Assembly: GCA_963803705.1 (NCBI GenBank)
Contig: CAWDNU010000001.1
Location: forward strand, 160,001 to 224,000
DNA length: 64,000 nucleotides
Reading direction: 5' to 3'
Source: an uncultured Pseudobdellovibrionaceae bacterium
GTDB lineage: Bacteria > Bdellovibrionota > Bdellovibrionia > Bdellovibrionales > UBA1609
Translations under genes and position numbers: made by a program
Shown: piece after piece, positions 21,038 through 31,882 of the stretch
Numbering within the stretch: the stretch's first letter is position 1
Layout of the letters: each line of letters opens with the position of its first letter
Notes under the pieces: model-generated
Told to the model about the DNA's origin: nothing
The model's input: only the letters and a program-made list of their open reading frames with translations
Database searches by the model: none

Positions 21038-21054
21038 AATACTCTCCTCAAAAA

Positions 21055-21726
21055 CTAATTATTATAAATAAAATAAACATAAAGAGGCTGACTGATAAAG
21101 CCAGCAACTACAACAAAACTGTATATGTAACCAATGCTATCAATCACATTAAAACTCTTTAACTGACTGACAGGGCTTATCCCCAAGCTTTGGAACACAG
21201 ATCCAAACCCATGGGCTAAGTGTCCGAACATCAAGAGCATAGTAAAAACATAACCAATTACGTAAATAGGTTGGGCAAAAACATCGACGACCAGTCTGTG
21301 TAAATCACGGACCTCTTCGCCATCATAAGTAACAGTGTAATGGGTTCCATACTTGAAAGTTAATAAATGCAGAATAACGAAAGCAAAAATAACCAAACCT
21401 TGAAACCACATCGTTCTAGAAAATAGTGAAGCTTTGGATTTTACTTCTGGAGATTTAGCATACCTACTTTTTCGAGAGCCCCAATTTCTTATTGTTAAAA
21501 CGATTGCTAAAATTGCATGCAAAAAAAATATTCCAACCAGCCCTGCTTCTGCAAAATAAATTAGTGGGTTTGTGATTAGAGCATGGCCGTAAAGGTTATA
21601 GGCCTTTGGACTTACTAAAATAAGCATATTCCCAGCCATGTGAACAAAAACAAAAAGTGCTAAGCCTAATCCACCCACTGCAACAAGTTGTTTACGCCCA
21701 ATAGTTGATTTTAAAAAAACCATCAT
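21055..21726 (-). CDS. sdhC: Succinate dehydrogenase cytochrome b subunit
   Basis: STIGRK, HMAGN and HLAHG; five TM segments; upstream of sdhA. Confidence 0.93.
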   Translation of the reverse strand: MMVFLKSTIGRKQLVAVGGLGLALFVFVHMAGNMLILVSPKAYNLYGHALITNPLIYFAEAGLVGIFFLHAILAIVLTIRNWGSRKSRYAKSPEVKSKASLFSRTMWFQGLVIFAFVILHLLTFKYGTHYTVTYDGEEVRDLHRLVVDVFAQPIYVIGYVFTMLLMFGHLAHGFGSVFQSLGISPVSQLKSFNVIDSIGYIYSFVVVAGFISQPLYVYFIYNN

Positions 21727-22002
21727 CTTTTAATCCTTTTGTGATCGCGTGTTTTGCAAACACCATTAATCTTTGATCTTAAACATTAGTTTCAACTAGG
21801 CTCGTTTACATTCTAACTGGATAAGTCTCTACGAAGTGGTAAAGTATTTAAAACGCTCACATGCCCTGATATTTAAAAAGTAGTTGAATTTCCAATAGAA
21901 GTCTATAATTCTCGCAGACTGAGACTTTATTTCGGCTATATCAACGCCCATTGGCCGAAATTTTTTTAAGATAATCTACAATTAAGGGCCATAGGAGTTT
22001 TC

Positions 22003-22773
22003 ATGTCGATTTTTGTATGTGTAAAACAAGTTCCAGACACCGAAACAAAAATAAAAATAAACGGCGACCAAACTGGTATCGATGAGTCTGCTGTAAAGTG
22101 GGTAATGAATCCCTACGATGAATTTGCTGTTGAAGAAGCTTTACTGAAAAAGCAAGCATTGGGCGCGGACAAAATAATAGCAATCAGTATGGGGCCTAAA
22201 AGATCAGTAGATGCGTTGAGAACCGCTCTAGCTATGGGAGCTGACGAGGCTGTGCATATTTTGACGGATAAGGATTTTGACTCTCTTTATACGGCTGCTG
22301 CACTAGCTGCAGGTATAAATAAATTTGGACCAGCAAAAGCTATCTTTACCGGAAAGCTTTCAATCGATGGAAATAACTCAAGCGTAGGACCACAAGTTGC
22401 TTCAGTTTTGGGCGTGCCTCATACATCTGTAGTTTCTAAATATGATGTTCAAGGCGACAAGGTTGTCGTTGAGCGTGAAATCGAGGCTGGCAGCAAAGAA
22501 ATATTAGAGATGCCAGTGGCCTCTTTAGTTAGCGCGAATAAAGGTTTAAATACACCTCGGTTTGTCAGCCTACCTGGTATCATGAAAGCAAAAAAGAAAA
22601 CTATTCATACATTAAGCATGGATGACTTAGATCTAGGTGCGGCACAGATAAACGAAGTAATTTACAAAAACTTTGAGTTACCGCCTGAAAAGCCTGAAGT
22701 TAAGATGTTAAATCCAGAAAGTGCGGCACAAGACTTGGTCAAACTTTTAAGAGACGAATCAAAAGTTATTTAA
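22003..22773 (+). CDS. etfB: Electron transfer flavoprotein beta subunit
   Basis: VCVKQVPDT, MNPYDEFAVEEA and ALAMGAD. Confidence 0.95.
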   Translation: MSIFVCVKQVPDTETKIKINGDQTGIDESAVKWVMNPYDEFAVEEALLKKQALGADKIIAISMGPKRSVDALRTALAMGADEAVHILTDKDFDSLYTAAALAAGINKFGPAKAIFTGKLSIDGNNSSVGPQVASVLGVPHTSVVSKYDVQGDKVVVEREIEAGSKEILEMPVASLVSANKGLNTPRFVSLPGIMKAKKKTIHTLSMDDLDLGAAQINEVIYKNFELPPEKPEVKMLNPESAAQDLVKLLRDESKVI

Positions 22774-22786
22774 CTAGGAGCATATC

Positions 22787-23746
22787 ATGTCAATTTTAGT
22801 TTATATTGAATCCACAGATGGAAAAATCAAAAGTTCATCACTAGAGCTTATTACTGCGGCTGCAAAGACAGGACAACCATACTCGACTGTTTCGTTAAGT
22901 GATTCTGCAACAGATCCCTCAACACTAAGTGAATATGGAGTTTCTAAACATTATGATTACAAGGATGAAAAGCTTAAAATTTATAACCCTGAACTATTTG
23001 CTCAAGCGCTTCGTGAAATAGTGGTTGAAACCAAATCAGAAGTTATCTTGGGCTCAGCATCTTCAACCACTAAAGATTTGTTTCCTTCTGTGGCTGCTAA
23101 AGTTTCTGCTGGATTTGTGGCTGATGGAACTCAGCTTTTTTGGGAGGGCAAACGCTTTTCGGTTAAAAAACCAATGTACGCCGGCAAGTGCTTCTGCAAA
23201 GTTGAGTTTTCCAGTGAAAAACCCCAAATGATTTTAATGAGGCCAAATCAGTTGCCCGTTGAAAAAAGTCCGAACGCCTCTACTGAAGTCATTAGTAGGC
23301 CCTTAGCCGTTTCAGATTTTAAAACGAAAGTTATTAATATTGTAAAGGGAGCTTCTGAAAAGCTTGATTTAACTGAAGCAAATATAATTGTTTCTGGTGG
23401 GCGAGGAATGCAGAATGCTGACAATTTTAAACTTTTAGAGGAGCTAGCCGGAACCCTTGGCGCCACAGTTGGTGCCAGTCGAGCAGTTACAGACGCAGGC
23501 TGGGTTTCACACAGTATGCAAGTGGGTCAAACTGGAAAAACAGTAGCTCCATCATTGTATATAGCTTGCGGAATTTCTGGTGCCGTTCAACATTTAGCTG
23601 GGATGAGTGACAGCAAGGTTATAGTGGCAATTAATAAAGATGCTGAGGCACCTATTTTTAAGAAGGCCACTTACGGAATCGTTGGGGATGCGCTTGAAAT
23701 TATACCTCTACTTAACGAAGAGTTTAAAAAACTTCTCAACTCATAA
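22787..23746 (+). CDS. etfA: Electron transfer flavoprotein alpha subunit
   Basis: VSGGRG, QVGQTGKTV and GISGAVQHLAGM. Confidence 0.96.
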   Translation: MSILVYIESTDGKIKSSSLELITAAAKTGQPYSTVSLSDSATDPSTLSEYGVSKHYDYKDEKLKIYNPELFAQALREIVVETKSEVILGSASSTTKDLFPSVAAKVSAGFVADGTQLFWEGKRFSVKKPMYAGKCFCKVEFSSEKPQMILMRPNQLPVEKSPNASTEVISRPLAVSDFKTKVINIVKGASEKLDLTEANIIVSGGRGMQNADNFKLLEELAGTLGATVGASRAVTDAGWVSHSMQVGQTGKTVAPSLYIACGISGAVQHLAGMSDSKVIVAINKDAEAPIFKKATYGIVGDALEIIPLLNEEFKKLLNS

Positions 23747-23755
23747 AAGCTTGAT

Positions 23756-24412
23756 GTGAGAAGACTTTTAAAATCCGAATTTTTTCAGAAGCTCTTAGTC
23801 TCTATCTTTTTGATTTTCTATAAGTCCTTGGCTCTGACATGGAGAAAGAAAATAATCTTTCATCCAGAAACTCAAAAGCTAGTAGACAGTAAGAAACCTT
23901 TCGCAATTGCTTGTTGGCATCAGAACAACTTAACTAATATGTGGCTAATCAAAGTCGTCAAAGCTTTAGTCATGGCAAGTCCAAGTTTTGAAGGTAAAAT
24001 GATCGGTTTAGCTATCGAAAGAATTGGGGGCACCATTGCCTGGGGCTCTTCAAGAAAAAAACCAGTTGCAGCACTCAAGTCTTTGGTTAGGATGACCAAA
24101 ACATCTGGAAAGTGTCCTGTCATCACTGTTGACGGCCCCATAGGTCCTAGACATCTACCTAAGCCGGGTATACTCGAAGTCGCCAGACTTGCTAGATTAC
24201 CGATTGTCCCACTAGGAACTCACGGTCAAAGCGCCTGGGTCTTAAAAAGAACATGGGACCTAACTCAAATACCCAAGCCTTTTTCCAAGGTAACTTATTA
24301 TTTTGGAGCACCTTTAGATTTTGAAAAATTACCTTCGAAATCTGTTGAAAGCATTGCTGAACTCACCAAAGAGATAACTAACGCACAGCAAAAATCTTTC
24401 GAAACTGTTTGA
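23756..24412 (+). CDS. DUF374 / lysophospholipid acyltransferase family protein
   Basis: ACWH, GSS, TVDGPIGP and WD..QIPKPFS. Confidence 0.85.
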   Translation: MRRLLKSEFFQKLLVSIFLIFYKSLALTWRKKIIFHPETQKLVDSKKPFAIACWHQNNLTNMWLIKVVKALVMASPSFEGKMIGLAIERIGGTIAWGSSRKKPVAALKSLVRMTKTSGKCPVITVDGPIGPRHLPKPGILEVARLARLPIVPLGTHGQSAWVLKRTWDLTQIPKPFSKVTYYFGAPLDFEKLPSKSVESIAELTKEITNAQQKSFETV

Positions 24413-24524
24413 GATAATAATTAGGACTTTAGGTGTGTTTCAACGTTTGAACTAGCCCCTGGTGCTGTTTCAAATTAGCACTAAACTGCGTTATCCTTAT
24501 AATATGCACAAGGGGTGTAATTGT

Positions 24525-25343
24525 ATGAAATCATTTTTATTAAGTATTCTCATTTTAGTTGGACTAAGTGCCTTTTCTGCGTCTGCTCAAGTAGTAGCTA
24601 AGGTGGGAAATCAGACTATAACTCTAAAAGAGTTTCAATCAGAGTATAAAAGAGCTAAAGATAATATGCTGGCACTGCCGTACGCGCCTTCACCTAAGCA
24701 GTTTTTAGAAGATATGATTCGCTTCAAAATTGGATTGCAAGAAGCCAGAAAAAAGCAAATTACAAAAAGGCCTGACGTTAGGTTGAAAATGGAGCAGGAG
24801 CTTTACAAAGCCCTACTTGAAGTCGAACTTGCAAAGCAAGTAGAAGCTATTAGAATTAAGAAGTCTGAGGTTTCTCAGTTTTATAAGAAATTTCCAAATA
24901 TTAGAACAAGTCATATTTTGATTAGGTACCCGATAGGTGCTACTCCAGCACAGATAAGCGAAGCTCAAAATCGCACAAATAAAATTTATAACGATGTTAT
25001 GAAATCTAAGCGTCCATTCTTCGAACTAGTACAGTTATATTCCGAGGATGAAATCACCAAACCAACAGGTGGAGATATGGGATTTCAATCTATAATTAAC
25101 CTTCATCCTGCTTATTACCAAACTGCTAATCAACTTAAAGTTGGGGCTACTAGCAAACCCGTAAGGTCTAAGTTTGGCTTTCATATTATTCGTAAAACTG
25201 GTGTTCAGAGCTTTAAAAATGCTGATAAAAATCAGATCCGCATAGGCCTTTTTGATCAAAAAAGACGTGATATCGTAGATCGCTACTTTATCAATCTTAA
25301 GAAAAAGTATCCGATTTCTGTTAACGACAGTTTAATTCAGTGA
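24525..25343 (+). CDS. Periplasmic parvulin-type peptidyl-prolyl isomerase
   Basis: Signal peptide, SHILI, GGDMG and SKFGFHII. Confidence 0.9.
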   Translation: MKSFLLSILILVGLSAFSASAQVVAKVGNQTITLKEFQSEYKRAKDNMLALPYAPSPKQFLEDMIRFKIGLQEARKKQITKRPDVRLKMEQELYKALLEVELAKQVEAIRIKKSEVSQFYKKFPNIRTSHILIRYPIGATPAQISEAQNRTNKIYNDVMKSKRPFFELVQLYSEDEITKPTGGDMGFQSIINLHPAYYQTANQLKVGATSKPVRSKFGFHIIRKTGVQSFKNADKNQIRIGLFDQKRRDIVDRYFINLKKKYPISVNDSLIQ

Positions 25344-25416
25344 GCATGGACCAAATCAGATTCATGCCATATTAATTAATAACAACCCCTAGACAAGCCC
25401 CAACCAGATATTTAGT

Positions 25417-26388
25417 ATGATTTTCATGTTAAACATTTGCCGCTGCATTTTAATTTTTACGCTTTTAGTCGCTTGTTCCAAACAAACCAAAGACAGCTTT
25501 GAAGATCCAATTATTACTGTAAATCAATCCCAGTTGTCTGGCTCTGATTTTTCGAAACGTCTAGTTCGTAAATTCGTAGAACAAGAGGTTAAGTATCCCA
25601 AGCCAGAAATTATAAATGTTTTGAAGAAACAAATTGTTGAAGATTTTATACTGCAGACAATCTTCGAAAACTATGCCCAAGAAAAAAATATTCTTGTTAA
25701 AAAAGAAGATCTTGATTTTGATTTTAAAAAATTTAAAAAAGGATTTCCAGACAGCGACAGCTTTGGAATTTTTTTAAACGAAAGTGGTCAAAGCATTAAG
25801 ACATTCAAAAAGAGTTTAAAAGAAGAGACGCTTCGAAATCTAGTCAAAAAGGATCTTTTTGAAACTCAAGATTTAAAATTAGAAAAAAAAGAGCTTTTGG
25901 ACTTTTATAATAAAAATATAGATCAATTTCAAAGAGAAGATCAAATCCATCTAAAACAAATTGTTTTTGAGTCAGACGAAGATGGTAACAAAATCAAGGC
26001 CTTGTTAAAGAAAACTGGGACTAAGAACTTTGAAAATTTAGCAAGAAAATACTCTTTGGGACCAGAAAAAAAGGACGGAGGTGATTTAGGTTGGGTAAAC
26101 ACCAGCTCTTATTCAGCCTTCGCAGAGGCAGCCAAAACTTCTAACGGTGGTATTACGGATATCATAAAAAGTGAAAATGGGTCGCATATCTTTAAGGTTG
26201 TGGATAAAAGAAAGAAAACTACATTAAGTTTTGGTGCTGTAGAGAAACAAATTGCAGAAACAATTCTTAAAGATAAAAAAAATGTTTACATTAACAGTTG
26301 GGTAAGAAAGCGGATTGGCTCTTCCAAAATAAAAGTGAACGAAGATTTACTTAATAAAATATCGGTCAATAGACCAACGAACCTTTGA
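25417..26388 (+). CDS. SurA-N/parvulin PPIase lipoprotein
   Basis: LVAC lipobox and LARKYSLGPE..GGDLGW. Confidence 0.88.
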   Translation: MIFMLNICRCILIFTLLVACSKQTKDSFEDPIITVNQSQLSGSDFSKRLVRKFVEQEVKYPKPEIINVLKKQIVEDFILQTIFENYAQEKNILVKKEDLDFDFKKFKKGFPDSDSFGIFLNESGQSIKTFKKSLKEETLRNLVKKDLFETQDLKLEKKELLDFYNKNIDQFQREDQIHLKQIVFESDEDGNKIKALLKKTGTKNFENLARKYSLGPEKKDGGDLGWVNTSSYSAFAEAAKTSNGGITDIIKSENGSHIFKVVDKRKKTTLSFGAVEKQIAETILKDKKNVYINSWVRKRIGSSKIKVNEDLLNKISVNRPTNL

Positions 26389-26401
26389 TTGAAGGATCAA
26401 T

Positions 26402-27331
26402 ATGAAAAAAGTTTTATTTGCCCTGTCGTTTTTATTTTCAATTTTGACTAATGCTAAAGTTGTAGATGAAATTTTAGTTATCGTTAACAAAAATGTTATC
26501 TTGAAAAGTGATCTGCTTAAATTGAAAAATAATATTAAGAAAGGTGTATTGTTTGACGTCGAATACGCCAGCCTCTTTGATCTTAAAGAGCTAACAGACA
26601 ACCGAAAAACCCAACTGGACTACTTAATCAGCGAGCGTTTATTTATCGATCATGCAAAGAAAAATGGTGTTTATAAAAAAGCGAAAAGCCAGCTAGATGA
26701 AGAGATCAAAAAGATTGCCAAAAGCAATCAGCTTACTTTAAGTCAATTCAAAAAAGAAATCGAGGGTCAAGGGGTAGATTTCTCCGACTATCGGTCATTT
26801 ATTTTAAAGTCTCTAATTCGGAAAAGAGTTATTGATTCTGAAATAACGTCTAGAATTGAAATTTCTGAATCAGATATCGTTCAATATCTACTTCAGAAAG
26901 GATCGTCTAATTTTGAACCAAGCTATCAGTACTCAATCTCTCATATTGTGATTCCCAACGATAGCAAGGTTGATCAAGTGTCAAATTCTATACTAAAAAG
27001 CGGTTTTGAAAAATCACTAAAGTTTTCAGAAAATCAAGAAAACAAAGGGTTTTTAGGTAGTTTCAAAAGTAACGAATTGGCCAAACCCTTTCGCTCTACA
27101 GTTAAAGATCTAAAGATTTCAGAGGTCAGTGCTCCAATCGTTATGAACAACAAGATTTTTTTCATAAGATTAGATGATAAGAAACGAATCAATGAATTAC
27201 CCGACACTCCTGAAGTCAGAAAAGCTCGCTTAGCAATTATTCAGTCCAGCATCTCTACTGAGGTGCAAGCTTGGATTGAAGAAAAAAGGCAGACTAGTCA
27301 CATAGTGGTAAAGAAAACGAGTAAGGGCTAA
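26402..27331 (+). CDS. surA: SurA-like chaperone
   Basis: VVDEILVIVNKNVILKSDL SurA N-terminus; directly upstream of pdxA. Confidence 0.75.
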   Translation: MKKVLFALSFLFSILTNAKVVDEILVIVNKNVILKSDLLKLKNNIKKGVLFDVEYASLFDLKELTDNRKTQLDYLISERLFIDHAKKNGVYKKAKSQLDEEIKKIAKSNQLTLSQFKKEIEGQGVDFSDYRSFILKSLIRKRVIDSEITSRIEISESDIVQYLLQKGSSNFEPSYQYSISHIVIPNDSKVDQVSNSILKSGFEKSLKFSENQENKGFLGSFKSNELAKPFRSTVKDLKISEVSAPIVMNNKIFFIRLDDKKRINELPDTPEVRKARLAIIQSSISTEVQAWIEEKRQTSHIVVKKTSKG

Positions 27332-27336
27332 ATGAA

Positions 27337-28278
27337 ATGGCCCATATATTTCACATAACTACGGGTGATACAGACGGAATTGGTTTAGAAGTAACCTTGA
27401 AGTCCCTGATACCTGTGCTGGAAACATCATCAAGGTGCAAGTTCATAATTTGGGTGCATAAGTCGCAGGTCCCTGAAATTAAAAAATTTCTTTCACTAAA
27501 CAAAGAACTCAGAGCTTATTCCGAGTTCTTGATGAATTATGGTCAGAAAACTTCCAAGCTTTCTAAGTTCAATTTTCTTGTGAACACAAACGCTCAGCCA
27601 GCTCATTGGTTTAGTGAATGTATAAAGCTTTGTGTGCAACTAGGTGATAGCATTATTACTGCCCCACTATCTAAAACCCAAATAAAAAAAGAAGGTTTTG
27701 ATGAGATCGGCCACACCGATATTTTAAAATCTAAAACTAAATCTAAAGAACTGTACATGGCATTTGTCGGAAACTATTTTTCAATGATTTTATATTCAGG
27801 TCATGTCCCAGTTTATAAAGTTAACTACCACAAAACTTCATTTTTGAATTTTCTGAATAAAGCATTAGATTTTCACAGAAAACATAAAAATAAAAAGTCG
27901 GACTTTCTAATACTTGGCCTTAATCCCCATGCGGGTGATGAAGGAATCATAGGTAAAGATGATGAAAAAATTGCTAAGCTTGCTACCAAGTACGGTCTAA
28001 AGAAGCCGCTGGCTGCGGATTCTGCATTTGTTGATTATAGGAACTTTAAAAATGATCCTACTTTTATCTCACTTTATCACGATCAAGGCCTTATACCATT
28101 CAAAATGGCACATGGATTTTCTGGTTTTCATTTTACTTTAGGGTTACCATTTGTAAGAACTAGCGTAGATCATGGCACTGGTAAGGATATCTACGGTAAA
28201 AATAAAGCCGAGCCAACTTCAATGATTGATGCAATTCAAGGGGCAATAAATTTAAAGAAAGGGAGTAAGTTCTTATGA
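27337..28278 (+). CDS. pdxA: 4-hydroxythreonine-4-phosphate dehydrogenase
   Basis: GDTDGIGLE, GHT, GLNPHAG, YHDQGL and RTSVDHGT. Confidence 0.93.
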   Translation: MAHIFHITTGDTDGIGLEVTLKSLIPVLETSSRCKFIIWVHKSQVPEIKKFLSLNKELRAYSEFLMNYGQKTSKLSKFNFLVNTNAQPAHWFSECIKLCVQLGDSIITAPLSKTQIKKEGFDEIGHTDILKSKTKSKELYMAFVGNYFSMILYSGHVPVYKVNYHKTSFLNFLNKALDFHRKHKNKKSDFLILGLNPHAGDEGIIGKDDEKIAKLATKYGLKKPLAADSAFVDYRNFKNDPTFISLYHDQGLIPFKMAHGFSGFHFTLGLPFVRTSVDHGTGKDIYGKNKAEPTSMIDAIQGAINLKKGSKFL

Positions 28279-29681
28279 AAATTTCATCTGAAATATTTAG
28301 AGAATATGACATAAGAGGGGTTTATAAAAAGGATTTCGACGAAAATTTTTCAGAAACTTTAGGCTTTCACTATACCCAATATCTTAAATCTAAGTTGGCA
28401 AAGTCTGATATCACTCTATCTGTAGGTTATGATGCAAGACTTTCAAGCCCATCATTAACAGAAGCTTTGTGTGATGGGATAAGCAAGGCTGGCGGTTCAG
28501 TGATTCTATTGGATTTAATAACTTCGCCAATTAGTTATTTTTCCTGTTTTCAAATAGACTATCTTGACGGAGCGGTAATGGTTACCGGAAGTCATAACCC
28601 CCCCGATCATAATGGTTTTAAAATTTCTAAGGGCCAAACCACTATCCATGGCACTATTATCCAAGAGCTACGCGAGCTAATTCAAAACTCTGACATCGAC
28701 CTTTCAAAAATGTCTAAGGCAACTCGATTTAAATCATTTGATATAATAGGGCCTTATGTTGAAAGATACACAAGAGAATTTGGCAAATCGCTCAAAAATA
28801 AAACAATCAGTTACGACTGTGGAAACGGTGCTGCTGGAATCATAGTACCTAAAATGTTTGAAGCCTTAGGTTTGAAAGGTGAAATTCTATTCGCTGAACC
28901 TGATGGAACTTTTCCAAACCATCATCCAGATCCAACTATAGAAGAAAATTTAATTGATCTAAAAAATTCAGTTTTTAATAATAAATCGGAACTAGGTGTC
29001 GGCTTCGATGGAGACGCTGATAGAATTGGAGTGGTAGACGACCTGGGCCGCCATATCTATGTTGACCAATTTATGATTTTATACGCCAAGAGCATTCTTA
29101 AAAAATTCCCTAAAGCTTCCATAATTGGTGATGTGAAGTGTTCGCAAACTTACTACGATAAGATTTTGGAGTACGGAGGCAATCCCATTATGTGGAACAC
29201 AGGCCACAGTTTAATCAAAGAAAAAGTTAGAAATGAAAATGCACCCTTCGGGGGCGAACTTAGCGGTCATGTATTCTTCAACGATAGAAATTATGGATAT
29301 GATGACGCTCTTTATGCTAGCTTTCGCCTTCTTGAATGTTTAGAAGAAGAAAAATTAAAGTTGTCAGATTTTATTGATTCTCTTCCAATAACATTTACAA
29401 GCCCCGAGCTAAGAATTGAAGTCCCAGAGTCAGAAAAGTTTGAAATTGTTAATAAACTAGTGAGTAAAACTCAAAAATCTAAATTTTTAGGTGATATAAA
29501 AATTGTCGACTTAAACACTATTGATGGATTCAGAGGGCAAGTAGATGGGGGCTGGGCTTTGGTTAGGGCTTCAAACACACAATCTGCAATTACTGTTAGA
29601 TTTGAAGCTGCGAGTGAAAGCTTACTTCACTCGATGAAAGACAATATGGCATCCGAACTTGATCTAAATTTAGATTTTTGA
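28275..29681 (+). CDS. Phosphomannomutase/phosphoglucomutase (AlgC-type)
   Basis: FREYDIRG, TGSHNP, DGDADR and GELSGH. Confidence 0.95.
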   Translation: MKISSEIFREYDIRGVYKKDFDENFSETLGFHYTQYLKSKLAKSDITLSVGYDARLSSPSLTEALCDGISKAGGSVILLDLITSPISYFSCFQIDYLDGAVMVTGSHNPPDHNGFKISKGQTTIHGTIIQELRELIQNSDIDLSKMSKATRFKSFDIIGPYVERYTREFGKSLKNKTISYDCGNGAAGIIVPKMFEALGLKGEILFAEPDGTFPNHHPDPTIEENLIDLKNSVFNNKSELGVGFDGDADRIGVVDDLGRHIYVDQFMILYAKSILKKFPKASIIGDVKCSQTYYDKILEYGGNPIMWNTGHSLIKEKVRNENAPFGGELSGHVFFNDRNYGYDDALYASFRLLECLEEEKLKLSDFIDSLPITFTSPELRIEVPESEKFEIVNKLVSKTQKSKFLGDIKIVDLNTIDGFRGQVDGGWALVRASNTQSAITVRFEAASESLLHSMKDNMASELDLNLDF

Positions 29682-29851
29682 TGTGACCTATATTCTGGTA
29701 CAGTCAGCTACTTTATTTGGAAAAATTTATTTACGATAGCCTGCAAATTTTTGTGCAGAAACTTAACAATACTTAAGGCTTATATAAAAATTATACATTT
29801 CTGCCCGAACAAAATTCTTAGTGGTTTTTATGATTTTACCGAAAGTCTTGT

Positions 29852-31429
29852 ATGGTTTTCAAATTTTTTACCGTAATAGCCTTACTCATCTCTTTTAAAG
29901 TTAGTTTCGCCAGATGTACTGACTTCGTACCCAATGAGTACATTGTTGTAACTTCGAATCCACAAGGGATCCTAGATAAAATTTCCAATACCTTACAAAA
30001 AGTGAGCTCTACTGACTTCTACCTTTACAATCATTTGCGGCCAACCGTATCAATGAAGGCTACTAAAGATATGAAAAACCTGAAGCAATCTACTTTAGTT
30101 TTGAATCTTTCACCACAGCAGGCTACTGAAATCGAAAATTTACGAAACACCTTTGTTTATCCCAATTGTTATGTCACGCCATTTGAACTTGCAGAAGAAA
30201 CGGTCTCTGGCTCAAAAATAGTAGATGAGCCCAAATATGAAAATCAATGGGGTTTAAATTACTTTTTGAAAGACATTAATTTTCAAACTTTGAAGTTTTC
30301 AAAAAAAGTTTTAATCGCTGTCTCCGATACTGGATTTGATACCGATCACGATGACCTCAAAAACAACCTGTGGACTAACTCCTCCGAACAAGCTGGTAAG
30401 CCTGGAGTAGATGATGATGCAAATGGTTGTATTGATGACGTACATGGTTGCGACACTACACTTTTAACTGGTGATGTAGGTGTAAATAAATATAAGTCCA
30501 ATTTAACTGATCATGGCACTCACGTTGCAGGCATAGTCGGAGCCGAAATTGGAAATAAACTTGGAGTATCAGGAGCTGCTTTTAATTCAGAGATTATGCT
30601 GGTTCGTTCTTTTTCTAATCAAAAAAAGACTACAACTGCTAACCTATTGAAAAGTGTCTATTATGCTGTGGACAATAAAGCTGACATTATTAATTGTTCG
30701 TGGGGCACTGGAAGTTCGCCAACGCTTGCCGAATTCAATGCTTTTGAATACGCCAGAATAAATAATGTAATAGCTGTTGTAGCGGCCGGAAACAACTCAA
30801 CTTTTGCTTCTAAGTCTTCGCCCGCAGGTCTTTCCAATGTGGTAACTGTCGGTAGTTTTAATTCAAGTTTGCAGCTTTCAACTTTCAGTAATTTCGGAAA
30901 TGCTGTTGATATTTTAGCGCCCGGAGGTGACGGCATTGAAAGAAAAAACGATAGTATTTTTTCTTTAATCCCTTACTCAAGATACACCAATAAAAAAGGC
31001 ACAAGTATGTCGGCACCATTTATTACTGCCGCTTTTGCTAATTTAATGTCAATTTACCCAGGATTGAATCGAAATGAACTGATTAATATTTTATTAGGCT
31101 CTGCCAACAAAGCTAACGTAGAGGGATTTTTCGATTCGAACTATAAAGAATCTTTAAATTTTATAAATTTTAGCGGAGCATTGCAGTTGGCAGACAACTA
31201 TTCAAAAGGATTTATAACAGAAGACCTATCTTATGAACCGAAAGTGTTAAGAAAGCCTGTCAGATCAGGGTTTCAAACAACTTCAAGTAATTCTAATTTG
31301 GGAGCAGAAATCCAAAGCTCTGGATGTAACTCTTTTGAATTGAACAATCGTGCAAAACCATCGAGTTCATGGCTTTTACTATTTATACCTGTTTTTTTAA
31401 TCCTAATAAAAAAAAGAACCCTAAAGTAG
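29852..31429 (+). CDS. S8 subtilisin-like serine protease with a C-terminal membrane anchor
   Basis: DTG, HGTHVAG, AAGN and GTSMS; signal peptide; SSGC + hydrophobic helix + KKR tail. Confidence 0.93.
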   Translation: MVFKFFTVIALLISFKVSFARCTDFVPNEYIVVTSNPQGILDKISNTLQKVSSTDFYLYNHLRPTVSMKATKDMKNLKQSTLVLNLSPQQATEIENLRNTFVYPNCYVTPFELAEETVSGSKIVDEPKYENQWGLNYFLKDINFQTLKFSKKVLIAVSDTGFDTDHDDLKNNLWTNSSEQAGKPGVDDDANGCIDDVHGCDTTLLTGDVGVNKYKSNLTDHGTHVAGIVGAEIGNKLGVSGAAFNSEIMLVRSFSNQKKTTTANLLKSVYYAVDNKADIINCSWGTGSSPTLAEFNAFEYARINNVIAVVAAGNNSTFASKSSPAGLSNVVTVGSFNSSLQLSTFSNFGNAVDILAPGGDGIERKNDSIFSLIPYSRYTNKKGTSMSAPFITAAFANLMSIYPGLNRNELINILLGSANKANVEGFFDSNYKESLNFINFSGALQLADNYSKGFITEDLSYEPKVLRKPVRSGFQTTSSNSNLGAEIQSSGCNSFELNNRAKPSSSWLLLFIPVFLILIKKRTLK

Positions 31430-31438
31430 AGTTCTTTT
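31412..31438. terminator. Possible bidirectional terminator between the S8 gene and atpE
   Basis: AAAAGAAC / GTTCTTTT stem between convergent genes. Confidence 0.5.
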
Positions 31439-31474
31439 CAATTTAGCCTAATTTAGCTTAAACTTAACTTAGTC

Positions 31475-31801
31475 TTAATTAGCTAAACCCAAAATAGAGA
31501 AAGCGATAACAACACCAAATAAAACGATGGTTTCGATAAAAACCAAGCCTAAAATCATAGGAGTTTGCATTTTATCCTTAGCATTGGGATTTCTGCCAAT
31601 TCCTTCCATTGCTGCAGAAGCTACTCGTCCTTGTCCTATGGCACCACCAAAAGCAGCAAATCCAATTGCTACCGCTGCAGCTAAACCATAATAAATTTTG
31701 TCACTAGGTACGGAAGCAGTTACTGCCACAGCATTTGTAACCTCTTCTGCATAGGCAACGTTTGACAACATAATAACTAGAGCAGTCATCATTTTTTTCA
31801 T
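31475..31801 (-). CDS. atpE: ATP synthase F0 subunit c
   Basis: GGAIGQG, GRNP and LVFIET; N-terminal extension. Confidence 0.95.
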   Translation of the reverse strand: MKKMMTALVIMLSNVAYAEEVTNAVAVTASVPSDKIYYGLAAAVAIGFAAFGGAIGQGRVASAAMEGIGRNPNAKDKMQTPMILGLVFIETIVLFGVVIAFSILGLAN

Positions 31802-31882
31802 CTTTTAGTTCTCCTTTTGCCCAAGGCTTTAAAGTTTTACCTAAGGGGCGTTTGATTATTAAAAATTAAATTTGTTTAAATC

